Notes: generated by a model from the sequence alone, not told the origin. A stretch of 64,000 nt of DNA from Trichoplax adhaerens (GCF_000150275.1 NW_002060958.1:464374-528373), one strand, 5' to 3'; positions 28,943-41,759 are shown, counted from the stretch's first letter. Translations and numbers: made by a program.

Positions 28943-31914
28943 GCTACTGGTTGCTAATTTGCTTTTATGACTTTCTTTACAGAGCACATTATTGCCTAAC
29001 AAACAGTTGAGCCCTATCGTAGTAAATATAAATTCCCTAAATGATATCGGAATAGCGTATCGTCTTTATTTACAACAATTGTATTTTATCATATTACTAT
29101 AAAAAATATCGCGATCAGAGATATGTAACCTTATAAAATGGAGCTAATACTGTATAAAATGATTAATAAAGATAACACGACATCTAAAATTTCAGAATAG
29201 GATGGCTTTTACCTTAAATATATACAATATTGATGGTAAAAGAAGTAGTATAGGAACTGATGACAATCTTTGTTGAAATCAAACCAGCGAACAAACAGGA
29301 TGTTAAGGTTATGAACTTTTAGTAGATAATGCGTATTTAAATTTCGTAGTCACTAGCTAAATAGCAAGTTTATTGCTATCATTGTATAAATTGGTGTATA
29401 TTACTGGTCAGCCATTAGCTTCACGACGAATTATTTGTAGATTATTCTTACTGCAAGTAAAATGCTATACCGGCAAGAAAACATCAAATCTGAACAGAAG
29501 AATATAAAGATACAAAAGCAGCGATATTCAGTATACAAAAATATTTTTAATTCTTATTAGTTGCCTAATATTATATCTAATTATAGATTACAAACAGTTC
29601 AAAATTTCACTTTTAGAATCCATGTGTTCTCAAAGTGATCCTTTATTCCACCGTAGCATATTGTATAATAATAAATATATTGCATACCTCATACAAGGTT
29701 CATAACTATGCGATCTATATTATAATATACAGCTGTTATCAATTTTTGACAGCGTAAATTTTGTAATATTCAGTATTATTGTGAAATCCAATACAGGTTA
29801 AATAGCAAGATCACAAACTGAAATTACTGACGTAGCTATGGCTAGAGTACTTTCATCCGAAATACTTACAGTACAGTACGTACACTTTGCATGAGCCCTA
29901 CCTGCTACCACACACTTTGTATGCAAGCATTTACCAATTCCAAATCAGTCCAAGTAGCCTTTTAACCCGCTGCTTTACTGGCAGTGTGCTTGTATTTTTG
30001 CATATGCGTACAAAAACAATCCATCGATTGATCATCACATCCTCGTTTTATACGCATATTTCGAATTGAAGATTCCTTTTTAGTTAGTTAGTCGGTTAGA
30101 TAGTCAACTAGTTTTTCAATTGATATTTAATTGTAAAGACTATAATCTTGGGTGCCGAGATTTCTTCAGTATTAAATGATAGTAAATCTCTGACTTTCTC
30201 GTCTACACTATCTGTGACGCTATAATTATACCATAGTATTCGGTCGTTGGAACTGAATTATTTGGTGATATAGCTAATCTCGCCTCTTAAGTTAGTAAGT
30301 GGCGTTCTCCGCAAGGATTGGCGTGTGTAGACTAATTTGTCACTAGTGGTGTGCGACACGAATACACGATGGTGGTCATGACAGTAACACTAGCTTTGGC
30401 AGGTCAGTCCCCTGATGCAAGCATGATTCATTTACTCTGTTCTATTAGTAAACAGAATGGCTAGTTTTTTTATTCACGCGTTGATGAAACATAACGCCAT
30501 ATGTAAGTGTTTCGGATGAAAGTACTCTACTAGTAGTCATAGGATTGATTTGGGATGCAGTAGTGTAGAGTTACTGTTCCAAATTTTCCATGAAAGTATT
30601 GTGCTGTACAGTACAGTACAATGGATGGGTACAATTAAATGACTTGCTATACAGTAGAATTGAGGTGGGATTAGTGCTTGCATAAAAGGCAAACAAGTTC
30701 CAGATCATACTACTGTTATATATATATATATTGTAGTTTTAAATTACAAAATACCATGAAGCAACCGAACCTTTCTCAGGTCTAGTCTTATCAAATTCTG
30801 GATACCTGTCAAAGCATAGCCAATGACTTGATGTACTTTGCTGCATACCAGCTTTGTTGCTAACAATGTATTATTAAATAAATATAAAAGCCCACAGTTG
30901 TATCAAGATAAATCGATACCAATTACATCAATATCATTGTCATCCGAATAGATTAGCAAATATACTAGTGCTACAGCTGTAAGACTTATTCTCCGATGAC
31001 GTTAAATCCATTCTCAAAGAGAGACAATTACAATTATACTGTAAGTTACACTGAGGAATGATTCAGTCGTGAGTGGGCTGCCAGATAGGGAGTTTAAATT
31101 TTTCGATCTTATATACGAGCAGTACAAAAGGCAACCATCTTGTGGTAAGTCTATGCTTCTTAATATATACGCAAGAAAAGTAGTAACTATCCCCATGCCA
31201 TCTTTGTGTAACTTGCAAATCAGTGTCCCAGAAAGGACAAAGCTAGCAGATCACATCACTAGGAAAGATGACAGTGAGCTACTGTTGATTGCTACCTAGT
31301 TAGAATTTGCTTACAAAGTTTACTGACCTCGAATACGTCAATATAAACTATTATCGAGAGTCTATAAACAAGGATCACAGTTACAGTAGCATCATACACT
31401 TGTTTATGCAGCAACTAAAATTCAGATACTGCATGACATGACGCAGATCAAGCGCAATTCATCACAGCTGTTCCAATCGGTTATGTCTACCGTAGAAAAT
31501 CAGCACGCTTACATCATTAAGGAATGTTTAATCTAGAAATTTAATCAAGATATTGATAACTTAACTTAATAATCACCATCAGCGTCTTAACAATGCACTC
31601 TATCAATGAGACAAGCTAAATAATAGAAATAGTATACAGTAGAGTACAAATGAGTCCAAAAACAGTAAGAAACAAATAAAATTTGCTGTATTTTGATAAC
31701 ATGTTAAGAATTTTGAGTCAGTAGCCCTTCCAGCATTATATTAAAAACTCCTAACATCAAAAATCTTGAAAAAAGACAACACAGTTTGTATGAATAGGTA
31801 ACGTCAAACAGTATTCAACAATAAATGTTGACAACCTTTATGTTATATCATTGGTAATTAATCAGTTATTACACTAGTACAAATACAATAAGAATACCTA
31901 GTTTTTTTTTAAAT

Positions 31915-34075
31915 TTAGATAGTGGCTAAATAATCTTTTACTTCGGATGGTGATAGTCGATTAAAGCCACTAGAATTAACCACTCCAATTTCAATGTTGT
32001 CTTCTGTCATTTGACCATCGAAACTTTCCTATCCAATAAAATATCAATTCGGTAGACAAAGTTAAAATTTTCTGCAAATACGCGTATATCTTTTTCATCC
32101 TCTATCGCGACATACCTTTAACGTTAAAATGGCCGTGTGGATAGCATCTTCTAGTTCCATTTCTTCGTTATACCTTGAAGTAGAAACATAAGTCATAGAA
32201 CGTTTTAATGAATACTCTAAGACGTGTCTATCGGCGATGCAAGAAAGTCTAGTGACGATTATCCTACCGTTTCTCTAAGAATGTTTTACCATTAACATGA
32301 TTTTTTCCAAGAGCTGTAGCTTTCCAAGCAAAGAATGCACCCTAAATAAAGGTTGATAAATCTTTCATGCACAAATTTCGATTTGAATTATACTTTGTAA
32401 GAACAAGTATCGAAACGTACCGATGGATCGCACTGATAAAGATATGGCCCTTCATCACCAGTTCCAGCCATTAAAAGAGATACACCAAAAGGCCTTACAC
32501 CACTAAATAAATACATGTAATTTCGTAAGCCTACACGATTGGTAATATCATTTTAACGTAAGCCTAAACTCTTAATATTGTAAGATTTAGTATCAAACCC
32601 GGATTGAGTATATTCTTGCATGACTGATGCAACTTTTTCTACCAATTGTGACGTTGGAATAGAATCTTGGTACTTCATTTGATATTCCTGGGCCAATTTA
32701 CGAGCTTTACGTAACAGAACCCTAATATGTAATATCATTGCAAGAACAGAAGGATATTTACGTTGGTATGGCTTACAAAATACAACCGGTTTGAGTCAAT
32801 GCTACGAAATGAACTATTCAAGATCGATTCTACAGTATACGCCAAATTGCATCGCAATAGTAGCGGGAATCTACTACTAACAACTACTGGAAGCATCACT
32901 GTAGCAGTTGTTTCGTTAAATGGATGCTTCCGTTGTGATGAAATGATGTAAATCGTGTTGCCTGGATAAAGAGCTAATGTAAGACAGTAAAGCCTTATCC
33001 ACAGGTTGCGAACTGCATTTTACGTACCTATAATCGGGTCCCATTCCACTGTACACCATACCAATTTTATCAGTTATTCTAGCGACCTAAGTGTATATAT
33101 CAAAAATGGACAACAATCTTTTATTTCAACCATGAGTACAGACGAATTAGTAAAACTATGGCTATACTCCTCTCTCATTAGAATTTCTGGTAATAATAGC
33201 AAAGTCGTACGTAACAATCCCTTTTCAACATGTACAATATCAATCCCGTCATTGAAATTGAATACATTACCTTATGAGTACTATTTTCATCGTATAGTTG
33301 AGATTTATATTTTTTTTCCGTGGCTAAAACGGCACCATTGGCAACTATTCAGGCATATTGTATTTAATATATCAGTCATTGTAATATGGCGTTGAATGTT
33401 CAATCAAATGCTGTGCACCTTTATGTAGGTAACAGCTTATCGACATTATGAAAGAGTTTGGAAGGAAGGGATTTATCCAAAGAGAATACATTACTTATTT
33501 ATCTTACCTTTAATACCAATGGAGGGACTGCCGGCAGCAACTGCTGCTAAAGCATATTCAATTTGTACAAGTTTACCGGATGGACTATAATAAAATAATC
33601 ATTGAAAGCAAGATTGAATTATTTTTCGATCCTATTCCTTATCTAGTCGCATACGCATTTTGTCGATACGATCCTATTCACATCGAATCCAATCTACTTC
33701 ATGAACGATAAAGCTTTAATACATTCAAGTGGACTCATAAAAAGTCCGTAGAGGTCTTAGAGGATATTTACTATGATCAACTGACGGCTCGAATGACTGT
33801 TGTGCTCCAAACTGCAAGCACCCGGTATGATATAGAAACTTTGTCAAGACACAGTATAACACAAAGAGAATTGGACGAGTCGTTCTACTCGTCTATGTAT
33901 CCATTTGTGCCTTGATAGGCTCAATAAAACTTATTAAAAGCATTTACTAATCATTGTAGAAAAGATGCTTAAGAATTCAATCAAACATTTACTTCTAATT
34001 TACCATGGAAAGTCTATCAAATGGAGTTCAAAATTACCTGAAGGTAGTTAAACTGAAGCTGTAGCGTTCGGACAT
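31915..34075 (-). CDS. PSMA2: Proteasome subunit alpha type-2, multi-exon
   Basis: Exon 1 (34075-34038) reads [13 protein letters not shown]; later exons give [40 protein letters not shown]...[41 protein letters not shown] and [11 protein letters not shown]...VKDYLATI*. Confidence 0.97.
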
Positions 34076-34831
34076 GACGAAGCAAGACGATTGTATGTTC
34101 ACTTTGCCTCAATGCTTCAACGTGAGATCACTTTAATCCACCGTCACTAACGGCTCAGCGGTACTAGTAGTCTACTCCTACTATCGTTCAAGACAGTCGT
34201 GTCGGTATGGCAGCAAGCACTGACCGTGACCAAGAGGGACATGGTGCATGCGCACAAATCCTGGCATTCTTGTTCTATACAGTCACAGTACTTTCTCCTC
34301 GACAGACATACTGTACACTGTACAGTACGTCTAGTGTAAGACAACATTTTATTTTGGAGAAGTCCGTTTGAAACAAAAGTCCGTTAACAGTAGCTAACTA
34401 TAGTGGGTAAAAATTGAAACTCAAGGATTTCTTTCATACCCAACCGATTAAGGTTTAACTAAAAAATGGCTAGGGAATCTTAACGAAAATCAACTAAGAA
34501 ATACGCACTAAGAAAGTTGAACTTTCATGGTACAGTAGTGTACAGTACTGTACTACTAGTACACTGAGTACAGTCCATGCTGAACGCGCATGTGCTCGAA
34601 GTTAAACAGTCTCTTTCTACAGTGTACAGTGGACGGTACTGTAGTCCACTGTACTGTACTGTACCCTTTCGCGACGTGTCGTAACGGTTCGCCAGCGTCT
34701 GAAGTTTTAGTCTGGCTGGACTTGAGCATACTGAGCTGCTCAGACACACCTACTGCACTTTAAAATTGTTTTGCTTGCAGTCGGTTGCAGCCATTCCATA
34801 ATCCACATCGATAATTTCCATCCACTCAATC
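34076..34831. promoter_or_regulatory. Bidirectional promoter region between PSMA2 and HIBADH, containing TACAGTA/TACTGTA-rich tracts
   Basis: Divergent start codons about 0.75 kb apart; higher GC and CpG content; NRF1-like GTGCATGCGCA (about 34244) and CGCGCATGTGC (about 34585); motif tracts at about 34308-34338 and 34529-34665. Confidence 0.7.
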
Positions 34832-37800
34832 ATGGCTTACTTGTTAAGGGAAGTCGGTAGGAATAACAGCAAAGTGACCAGCAGCTGTAGGTTAATCAAG
34901 CGCTGTATATCAGGTAACTTTACCTTCATCCTTAAAATCTTCTATACGAGTAAACTGTTCACTGCAGTCTCATCTCGCCCAAACCTTGTACAAAATTCGG
35001 GCACCTTTCCGATTCTTCATGCAAAATTGACGATGCCTCTTTTAGTGACTACCGTAGCAACTCTCTCAGGGTCTCTAGCAGTCACTGAAGAGCTGGGGGT
35101 TAATGTTTTTATCTGATACTCGAGAGTAAACTGTATTGATCTGATAAACTGCTTATTGTGGCGCTGTTATCAATGCATAGTCTTGAGAGTAGTCATGCTA
35201 TACGCCTATAACGTAGTTCATTAGCATATTGCAAAGGATTATGCTTCTGTAATATAAGTATCCTTGGTATACTGTACATTCGTATTGCTACCAGGTTATC
35301 TTGTATTTCGAGCAAGACGTATACGCGTACGTATGCTGAAGGACTTATCAACGCTTCATTAATTGAATCAAATTGATGCTACCCTGCTCTAAGTAAAAGA
35401 CTACTGTAATCAAATGCAATTGTGTGCTGTTCACTCATTGATTACATACCGTCGATTACAACATACGCTAGCAAATACGTGTATTATTACGGTGTATGGT
35501 ATATCGTTGCTATACTTAATCTGCACTATTCTGATCGTACACATCTTCAAAACTCCATTCAATACCTTACTAACTATTGGCTGACAGCTCAATCTTGTCT
35601 GATCAAATCATGTACAGAGCTCAGTGACAAGTGAGCGATGATGCTAAATGGCTGGAGTTATTTATTAAACATTGTATGATCCACGCACTATTATAGCACA
35701 TACAATGTACATGTTGGTCTCGTTTATGGTATAGACTTATTTTATCATGTTATCTTTTTCTACTAGGATCCAGCATCAAAAACAAGGTAAATTCGTGTCT
35801 GTCTCTGCAAGTTCAAATTCTACCGTCAATACTATCACCAGAAACAAGACATAACTTTACATTTCAGCTACACGAATACATCACCTGTGTCAAATTCATG
35901 TTATTGTAATCGCCTTATGCTAAGTTATTTATTTTTACTATAAAACTAAACGTTAAAGTCACAGTCGGAAACGGTAGTTGTTACAGCAAAATTGTAAACA
36001 AAGCCTAGACAGTGCCTTGAGTAGCTGCGATTGTACGTATTCGAGATCTGAATAGAGAATTAGGCTTCTTTAAAGCAGTGATGTAACAAAAGCTGTATAT
36101 CTACCAACAACGTCTCACGATAGTCAAGCTCTGTACTACAATACTCTACAGTTACAGTTGTATGCTAACGGTAAAATTGAATACAATACTTGAAAATAAT
36201 AGATAATGAATTGCACTTTAGGATATTGGCTTTATCGGCTTGGGCAACATGGGCGCTTCTATGGCGAGAAATTTAATGAAAAATGGCCATAAAGTCATTG
36301 TTAACGATGTAGTACCTGAATCAGTCAGCGCTTTGAAAAATGACGGTGCTGAAGTTGCTCAAACTGCAGCAGAGTTAGCTAGCAGAACATCAACTATTGT
36401 GACAATGTTGCCATCAAATCCTCATGTACGTGAAGTTTATACCGGCAGTAATGGATTGTTTAGGTAAGTTTTGCATTAAATTGAGATGAAGTTCAATAGA
36501 GCATCGCTATTACACTGTCATTCAAGCTCCATGGATGTTAGTACTTTGCAGATCAAATTTTGTGGTATTAGTGACCATGGATATTGATAACTAGTCAATG
36601 CATGCTTTCATTTGTTGGGTGACATGATTACGTCAATCAAGTGTAGCTTCGTTCAGTTAATGTACAGGAGACAGGTAGAATGGCTAGAGTCGGAGAAAAA
36701 TGATTGCATTATGAACTAGCTCTGATTTGGTTAAGAAATTTGTGCTCTACTTTCTTACATAGTACTGCAAGCCAAGATTCCTTATTCATTGATAGTAGTA
36801 CAATCGATCCGGCTGTATCACAAGAAATGGCTGCAATAGCTTCCGAAAAAGGAAGTACTTTTATGGACGCTCCAGTTTCTGGAGGTACAACTGTTTCTTC
36901 ATATATTGAAATACCGTACTTTTATTTTATTACAGTTGGTTCACATCGTTGATAAGTGATTGCAGATATTGTGTCCATCAGTACAATGTCGTCAAAAATT
37001 TATGCTAGGAAAAGTTTAAAAATAGCTTTTTAATTCCCGTAAATAGGAGTTGTAGCGGCTCGCGATGCGTTATTAACATTTATGGTTGGAGGCCCGGAAG
37101 AAAAGTTTGATGAAGTTAAGAGTATATTAGATTGCATGGGGAAAAATATTGTTCACTGTGGCAAAGTTGGAACCGGACAAGCATCAAAAATTTGTAACAA
37201 TATGCTTTTGGCTATTGGCATGATTGGAACATCTGAAACAATGAACTTAGGAATAAGGTAGCTTATAACCACTGCCTAGTTCGTCGTCGAAATTATTGTA
37301 AATTTATTGTTGCATTTTCTGATTGATGTCATAATCACTCTGTGATACCATAATCCTTCGATAGCAGATCTTAGGGATCATTTACCCAATTCAAAGCGAA
37401 CAGATTATTGTTGATATTTCATTAGTTCATAGTAATGCGTTTCTTTCCAGTACACTAGCGAACGTAAATTTTAATATCAAATGGATAACAAATGTTTTTA
37501 CTATCTACAAAAGGCTCGGCCTAGATCCAAAATTGCTGGCAAAAATTCTTAACATGAGCTCAGGTAGATGCTGGTCTAGCGAGGTATATAATCCATGCCC
37601 AGGAGTAATTGAAGGTATTCCATCCAGTAACAATTATGAAGGTGGATTCGGAACTGCTCTAATGACCAAGGTTTGACTTATACTAAAGTATTTCTACTCA
37701 CTCTTTATGGATGTCACTGAAATATTTTAGTAGTTTAGCCAGGCAATTGTTATAAAATAGATTGCAAACTCCAATGTCTAATCTCTTACGGGAATGATTG

Positions 37801-37979
37801 GGTCATTTGATTATGATCTATTGCAGGATCTAGGTTTGGCTCAGAGTGCTGCAAACGCTACGAATTCTCCTACGCCCTTAGGATCTCTTGCCCATCAGCT
37901 GTATCGCGTACTATGTAACAATGGCTATGGGAAGAAAGACTTTTCAGTAGTATTTCAAACTTTAAAAGAAGAAGAATAG
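34832..37979 (+). CDS. HIBADH: 3-hydroxyisobutyrate dehydrogenase, mitochondrial, multi-exon
   Basis: Basic transit-peptide exon 34832-34913, a 20-nt micro-exon 35767-35786, then from 36222 [11 protein letters not shown] (Rossmann fold). Further motifs: [50 protein letters not shown] and DLGLAQ...KDFS. Confidence 0.96.
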
Positions 37980-39088
37980 AAGCTGATCAATCAAAATCAC
38001 AGAAATGCTGCTTCAAAAGGTTTCCGATAAGAGAAATTCATGCAGGATCTCACTTAGCTAATATCTAACAAATTCTTTTTCAACTATCAAGCGTCCTTAC
38101 GTTATACAGTTTGCTCTTATTACATGTAGATTGTAAGCTAATAATTTGGCCATTAGGATTTATGGACATTGTTTATTTTGATGGTACTTTGAGAATAGTT
38201 GAAGCAGATATTCCAGATATAAATTTGAAGTATTTGAGGAATAAATGTATAACGACGAACTTTATGACTCTTTGAATGATTTCAATGGCATTTTCTGCAT
38301 TTCAGAATAACAACGTATGCTGCTACAGCATTGTTTGCCTATATAAGATTGTATCGATTTATTACAGCATTCTATCTTTTTTGCATTGTATTACACGCTC
38401 AGAAAGTTTTATCAACGTAGGTAAGCTGAAATGCGAGTCTAACAACGCCATCTTTCATTACATAGTCGAATCTGCTCTGTACAGTATGCTGTACAATGCA
38501 TGATACATTTGGACAAGCTTTTGATGAATCTATTGCATGATGAAATACTGTAGTATTGAACGAATAGAATAATGCTATCAATGTGACAAGTATCCATTGT
38601 ACGCACACATAGAAAATGGCCATTCCAACAATCTAGTTGATATTGTTATAGTTGTAGTAGAATAATATAAGAGATGCCTATACAAATTATTTCTTGTCAA
38701 TAGCTGCTTAAGTTAACGCATTCACCATGTGAAAGACCACGAACTCGGCAAACTACAGTACTTTTATCGAAATTATACATGTAGTTCTTGTGCGCCATAA
38801 GAGGTTCGTTTGATTTCAGTCCTATAAAGTGAAGACACCGAAATTGATTAGTAATGCAAGCAAAAGCGATAGAGTACAGTATAGCCATTTTGAGTTTATT
38901 CTCATTGTATAACAATTTCAACATTGCAAATCTCCTCTAATTTTACAAGTGTTTGTAAAGTGTAGCTGAGCACAAGTTGTATATTGATACTACAGCTCTT
39001 ATTTGTATTTCGATTCATGTTTGCAGTGTAAAATAGTCCTATGGAGCAACTTTACCAAATGAGCAGTTATCTATAAAGCTAGCCAAGA

Positions 39089-39582
39089 TTAGTAGAGGCT
39101 CAAATCTGTACTGTCGATACGTAACACACTGTCTTTAGTGTCTTGCAATCTCGGTGGTACTGTCTGAAAAGATTGCACGTCCACTTACTATAGTATCTTG
39201 TAAGATGGCGTACTAAGATTCCTCTTATGATGGAAACTACTAAGCGTCAACGTTGTTGATTGACTAGCTAGCTATACCCGTATATAGCTGTATTCGTAAT
39301 CACTCCAGAGCTATCCTACTGGACTTGATTGGATCCTAGTCACTGTACAGTTACTACGTATGTTGGCGAATATCCATGGGTGAAATGGGAAGTAAGAAAG
39401 ATGCGTAAATATGCCAGCGTACTTACATCGACTTTACTTAAAACTTTGTTAGCACGGCGTCGTTCCAACACATCATAAGAAGCGCGTGATAAGATGTAAC
39501 CACTATAGACGGTTAGTAGAATTAGCGAAAAGGTTACTCCACGTTGGACCTTGGTTAGGAAAGGTATCGGCCGAGTAGCCAT
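39089..39582 (-). CDS. COX14: COX14-like single-pass mitochondrial microprotein (cytochrome c oxidase assembly), probably two exons
   Basis: Exon 1 (39582-39427) MATRPIPFLTKVQRGVTFSLILLTVYSGYILSRASYDVLERRRANKVLSKVD resembles the COX14 core (..LLTVYGGY....R) and ends at a GTAAGT donor. Candidate exon 2 (39163-39089, after TTTTCAG) reads TVPPRLQDTKDSVLRIDSTDLSLY*. Confidence 0.7.
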
Positions 39583-39654
39583 TTTTGTAGGTTGGCAATT
39601 ATGGACGAATGCAACAGACCGGTCCCGGTACAGACCTGACGATAGCGGTTGACG

Positions 39655-39830
39655 CAGTGTACCCGTCATACTGTACACTGTACAGTACTCTTTTTTACGG
39701 TGGATTCTGTTCTGTTCCTTTTTCAGTACTGTACACTGTACATTGTACGGTACAGTATTTTTTTCGGTTGGTGTACAGTACCTCGTACTCTATTGGGCAG
39801 GGCAGTGTACTGTACACTGTACACTGTGTC
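39655..39830. repeat. Dense TACAGTA/TACTGTA/TACACTGTA tract upstream of the COX14-like gene (putative nested Tc1/mariner footprints)
   Basis: Examples: CATACTGTACACTGTACAGTAC, CAGTACTGTACACTGTACATTGTACGGTACAGTA and GTGTACTGTACACTGTACACTGTG. Confidence 0.6.
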
Positions 39831-39892
39831 ATTCGGACCTCCTCAATTTCTGAGCTAAATACTGTCTCAGAAACTCCCAGTAAAAACTTTCA

Positions 39893-40578
39893 GCATCAAA
39901 AACATTGCGAGAAACGGAGGGATTTGCAGTTGCACTTTTGTGGTCATCAATCTTTATTGAAGATTGCAAAAGTTCGATGATCAACTGTCTTGAAAGAAGC
40001 GACTATCCCTATGTCAGGTCTATCCCTACCTGACAATGACCGTGTACAGTAGAGTAAGCAGTTTACTCGTCATACTGTGCTCTACATATTGGACATGTAT
40101 TCAAGGCCTTCTGAATTTCTAGGAAAAAGAGACAACAGACTGATCAAAGATATTGCGAAAAACGGGCGGGGGAAAGATTTGCAGTTGCAGTCCTGTTATC
40201 GTCAATCTTTCTTTATTTAGGATTGCAAAGTTCGATGATATTCTGTCTTGGAAGAAGCAACTATCCCTATATCAGGTCTATCAGACAACAGACTGATCAA
40301 AGACATTGCGAAAAAACGGGCGGGGGGAAGGATTTGCAGTTGCAGTCCTGTCATCGTCAATCTTTCTTTATTTAGGATTGCAAAGTTCGATGATATTCTG
40401 TCTTGGAAGAAGCAACTATCCCTATGTCAGGTCTATCAGACAACAGACTGATCAAAGACATTGCGAAAAACGGGCGGGGGGAAGGATTTGCAGTTGCAGT
40501 CCTGTCATCGTCAATCTTTCTTTATTTAGGATTGCAAAAGTTCGATGATAAACTGTCCTGGAAGAAGCAACTATCCCT
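39893..40578. repeat. Tandem repeat: three near-identical 153-155 bp copies plus one diverged upstream copy
   Basis: GACAACAGACTGATCAAAGA(C/T)ATTGCGAAAAACGGGCGGGGG...GAAGAAGCAACTATCCCT starts at 40131, 40284 and 40439; a diverged copy lies at about 39893-40025. Confidence 0.95.
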
Positions 40579-40593
40579 GATAGTAGAGGATGG

Positions 40594-41750
40594 TTACAGG
40601 ACTGTCATTGATTTGGTTACCGAGTAGAGTATTGTGCCGACACAAGTGTAGTTCAAGACTACTTTTGAACACCGCTGCAATGTTCAAAGTGCCGCTAATA
40701 GGCCGTAGTTGTAGTTGGAAGTTCTTTCAGGTGCCTTTCGGTCAGGACATTTGCCAATGTGGACCACGGCTATGGCGCATAGAGTGTTACTGCTAAAAGT
40801 AGTCAATGTCGATCTCTTGAATAACTTTATACAGTAGCCCACAACGAATGGTGTCCTTGTCGTACACCTGTACAGGCACGCCTCTGATAGCCTGTTGAGA
40901 TGAGAACGATGACCAAACTAATTTAGCGTGTTGTAATCCTTGATTCTGTTTTTGGACCCAAGAGGCATGTTGAATTTTCTCCCAGCACCAACAACATCGA
41001 TCGATCAATGTCAGAAAGCATTTTCTCTCTTTGGCTTTCGCTGAAACATCTGCTTGTGGATACTGTATAGAGAGAGAAGAGAGAGATAGATGGAATAGTT
41101 ACAACATGTAGAGCAATCACTTTCCAACGGGATAGATCCGTCTGCAGACTGTAGTATGCTTTGATTGATGCCTTCACGGAATGCAACTGTCCTGTCAACA
41201 TAGCCACCACTGCCATGGTATGCAGAATGCGCCCTAAATCACACCAACGCAAAGGGCAAAAGGCAGCTTTGATCCTTTTCTCATCATCATGTCCATGTTG
41301 ATCTAGTAGTCCATGCTGACTGGATGAGTCATAAACTCCTTGCAAATAAAGTGGACATTCTTTTGTCGACCGGCATGTTGTCCATCCAAGTATCGATCGC
41401 GCATACAGCCAACAGCGATCCATACTACCGTATACAAGTGGATCTTAATGGCGGAAACGTAAGGCCCACAACCATTTGCATACCAATAGACTATTGGATA
41501 AATCAGGCAAATTGCACATCAAAGGCTGTTACTAGCTTATAGTAAAGCAAAGCCTTGTGGCGTTATAGAAGCGAGCGACCTCCCGCGCTGCACTAGAATC
41601 TCCTGAGCGGTCCATATTAACATCCTATTGACGTTGATGACTAACGTTAGCGAATCGACTGGCAGTAAATTGTGGAAAGTTCATCGATCCTACGTTCATT
41701 CTGCAGTGGCAACTTGCCTAGATCACAGTTTAAACGACTAAAAATAACCT
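40594..41750 (-). pseudogene. Degenerate Polinton/Maverick (adintovirus-like) double-jelly-roll major capsid protein gene
   Basis: Joining minus-strand frames across frameshifts gives blocks colinear with my recollection of Polinton MCP: SRLNCDLGKLPLQNERRID; GPL/EILV; TRLCF/YKLVTAFD; VYWYANGCGPYVSAIKIHL; WLYARSILGWTTCRSTKECPLYLQGVYD (about 41330-41410); KRIKAAF...CDLGRILH (about 41220); RKFNMPLGS (40954-40980); QGLQHAKLVWSSFSSQQAIRG; IDIDYF/SSNTLCAIAVV; LRPISGTLNIAAVFKSSL (about 40655-40705); NYTCVGTILYSVTKSMTVL* (stop at 40594). There are no introns and GC is higher than in the flanks. Confidence 0.6.
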
Positions 41751-41759
41751 TATTACGCA

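Noticed and set aside
34147-34749. Short ORFs rich in Y/S/T/V/L/C (also 39609-39980 and 39649-39858)
   Set aside because: They are artefacts of translating TACAGTA/TACTGTA-rich promoter tracts, which contain few stop codons.
40923-41423. 166-aa ORF as a functional gene
   Set aside because: It follows the capsid-like frame only in its first part and then drifts out of frame; it is better explained as a pseudogene fragment.
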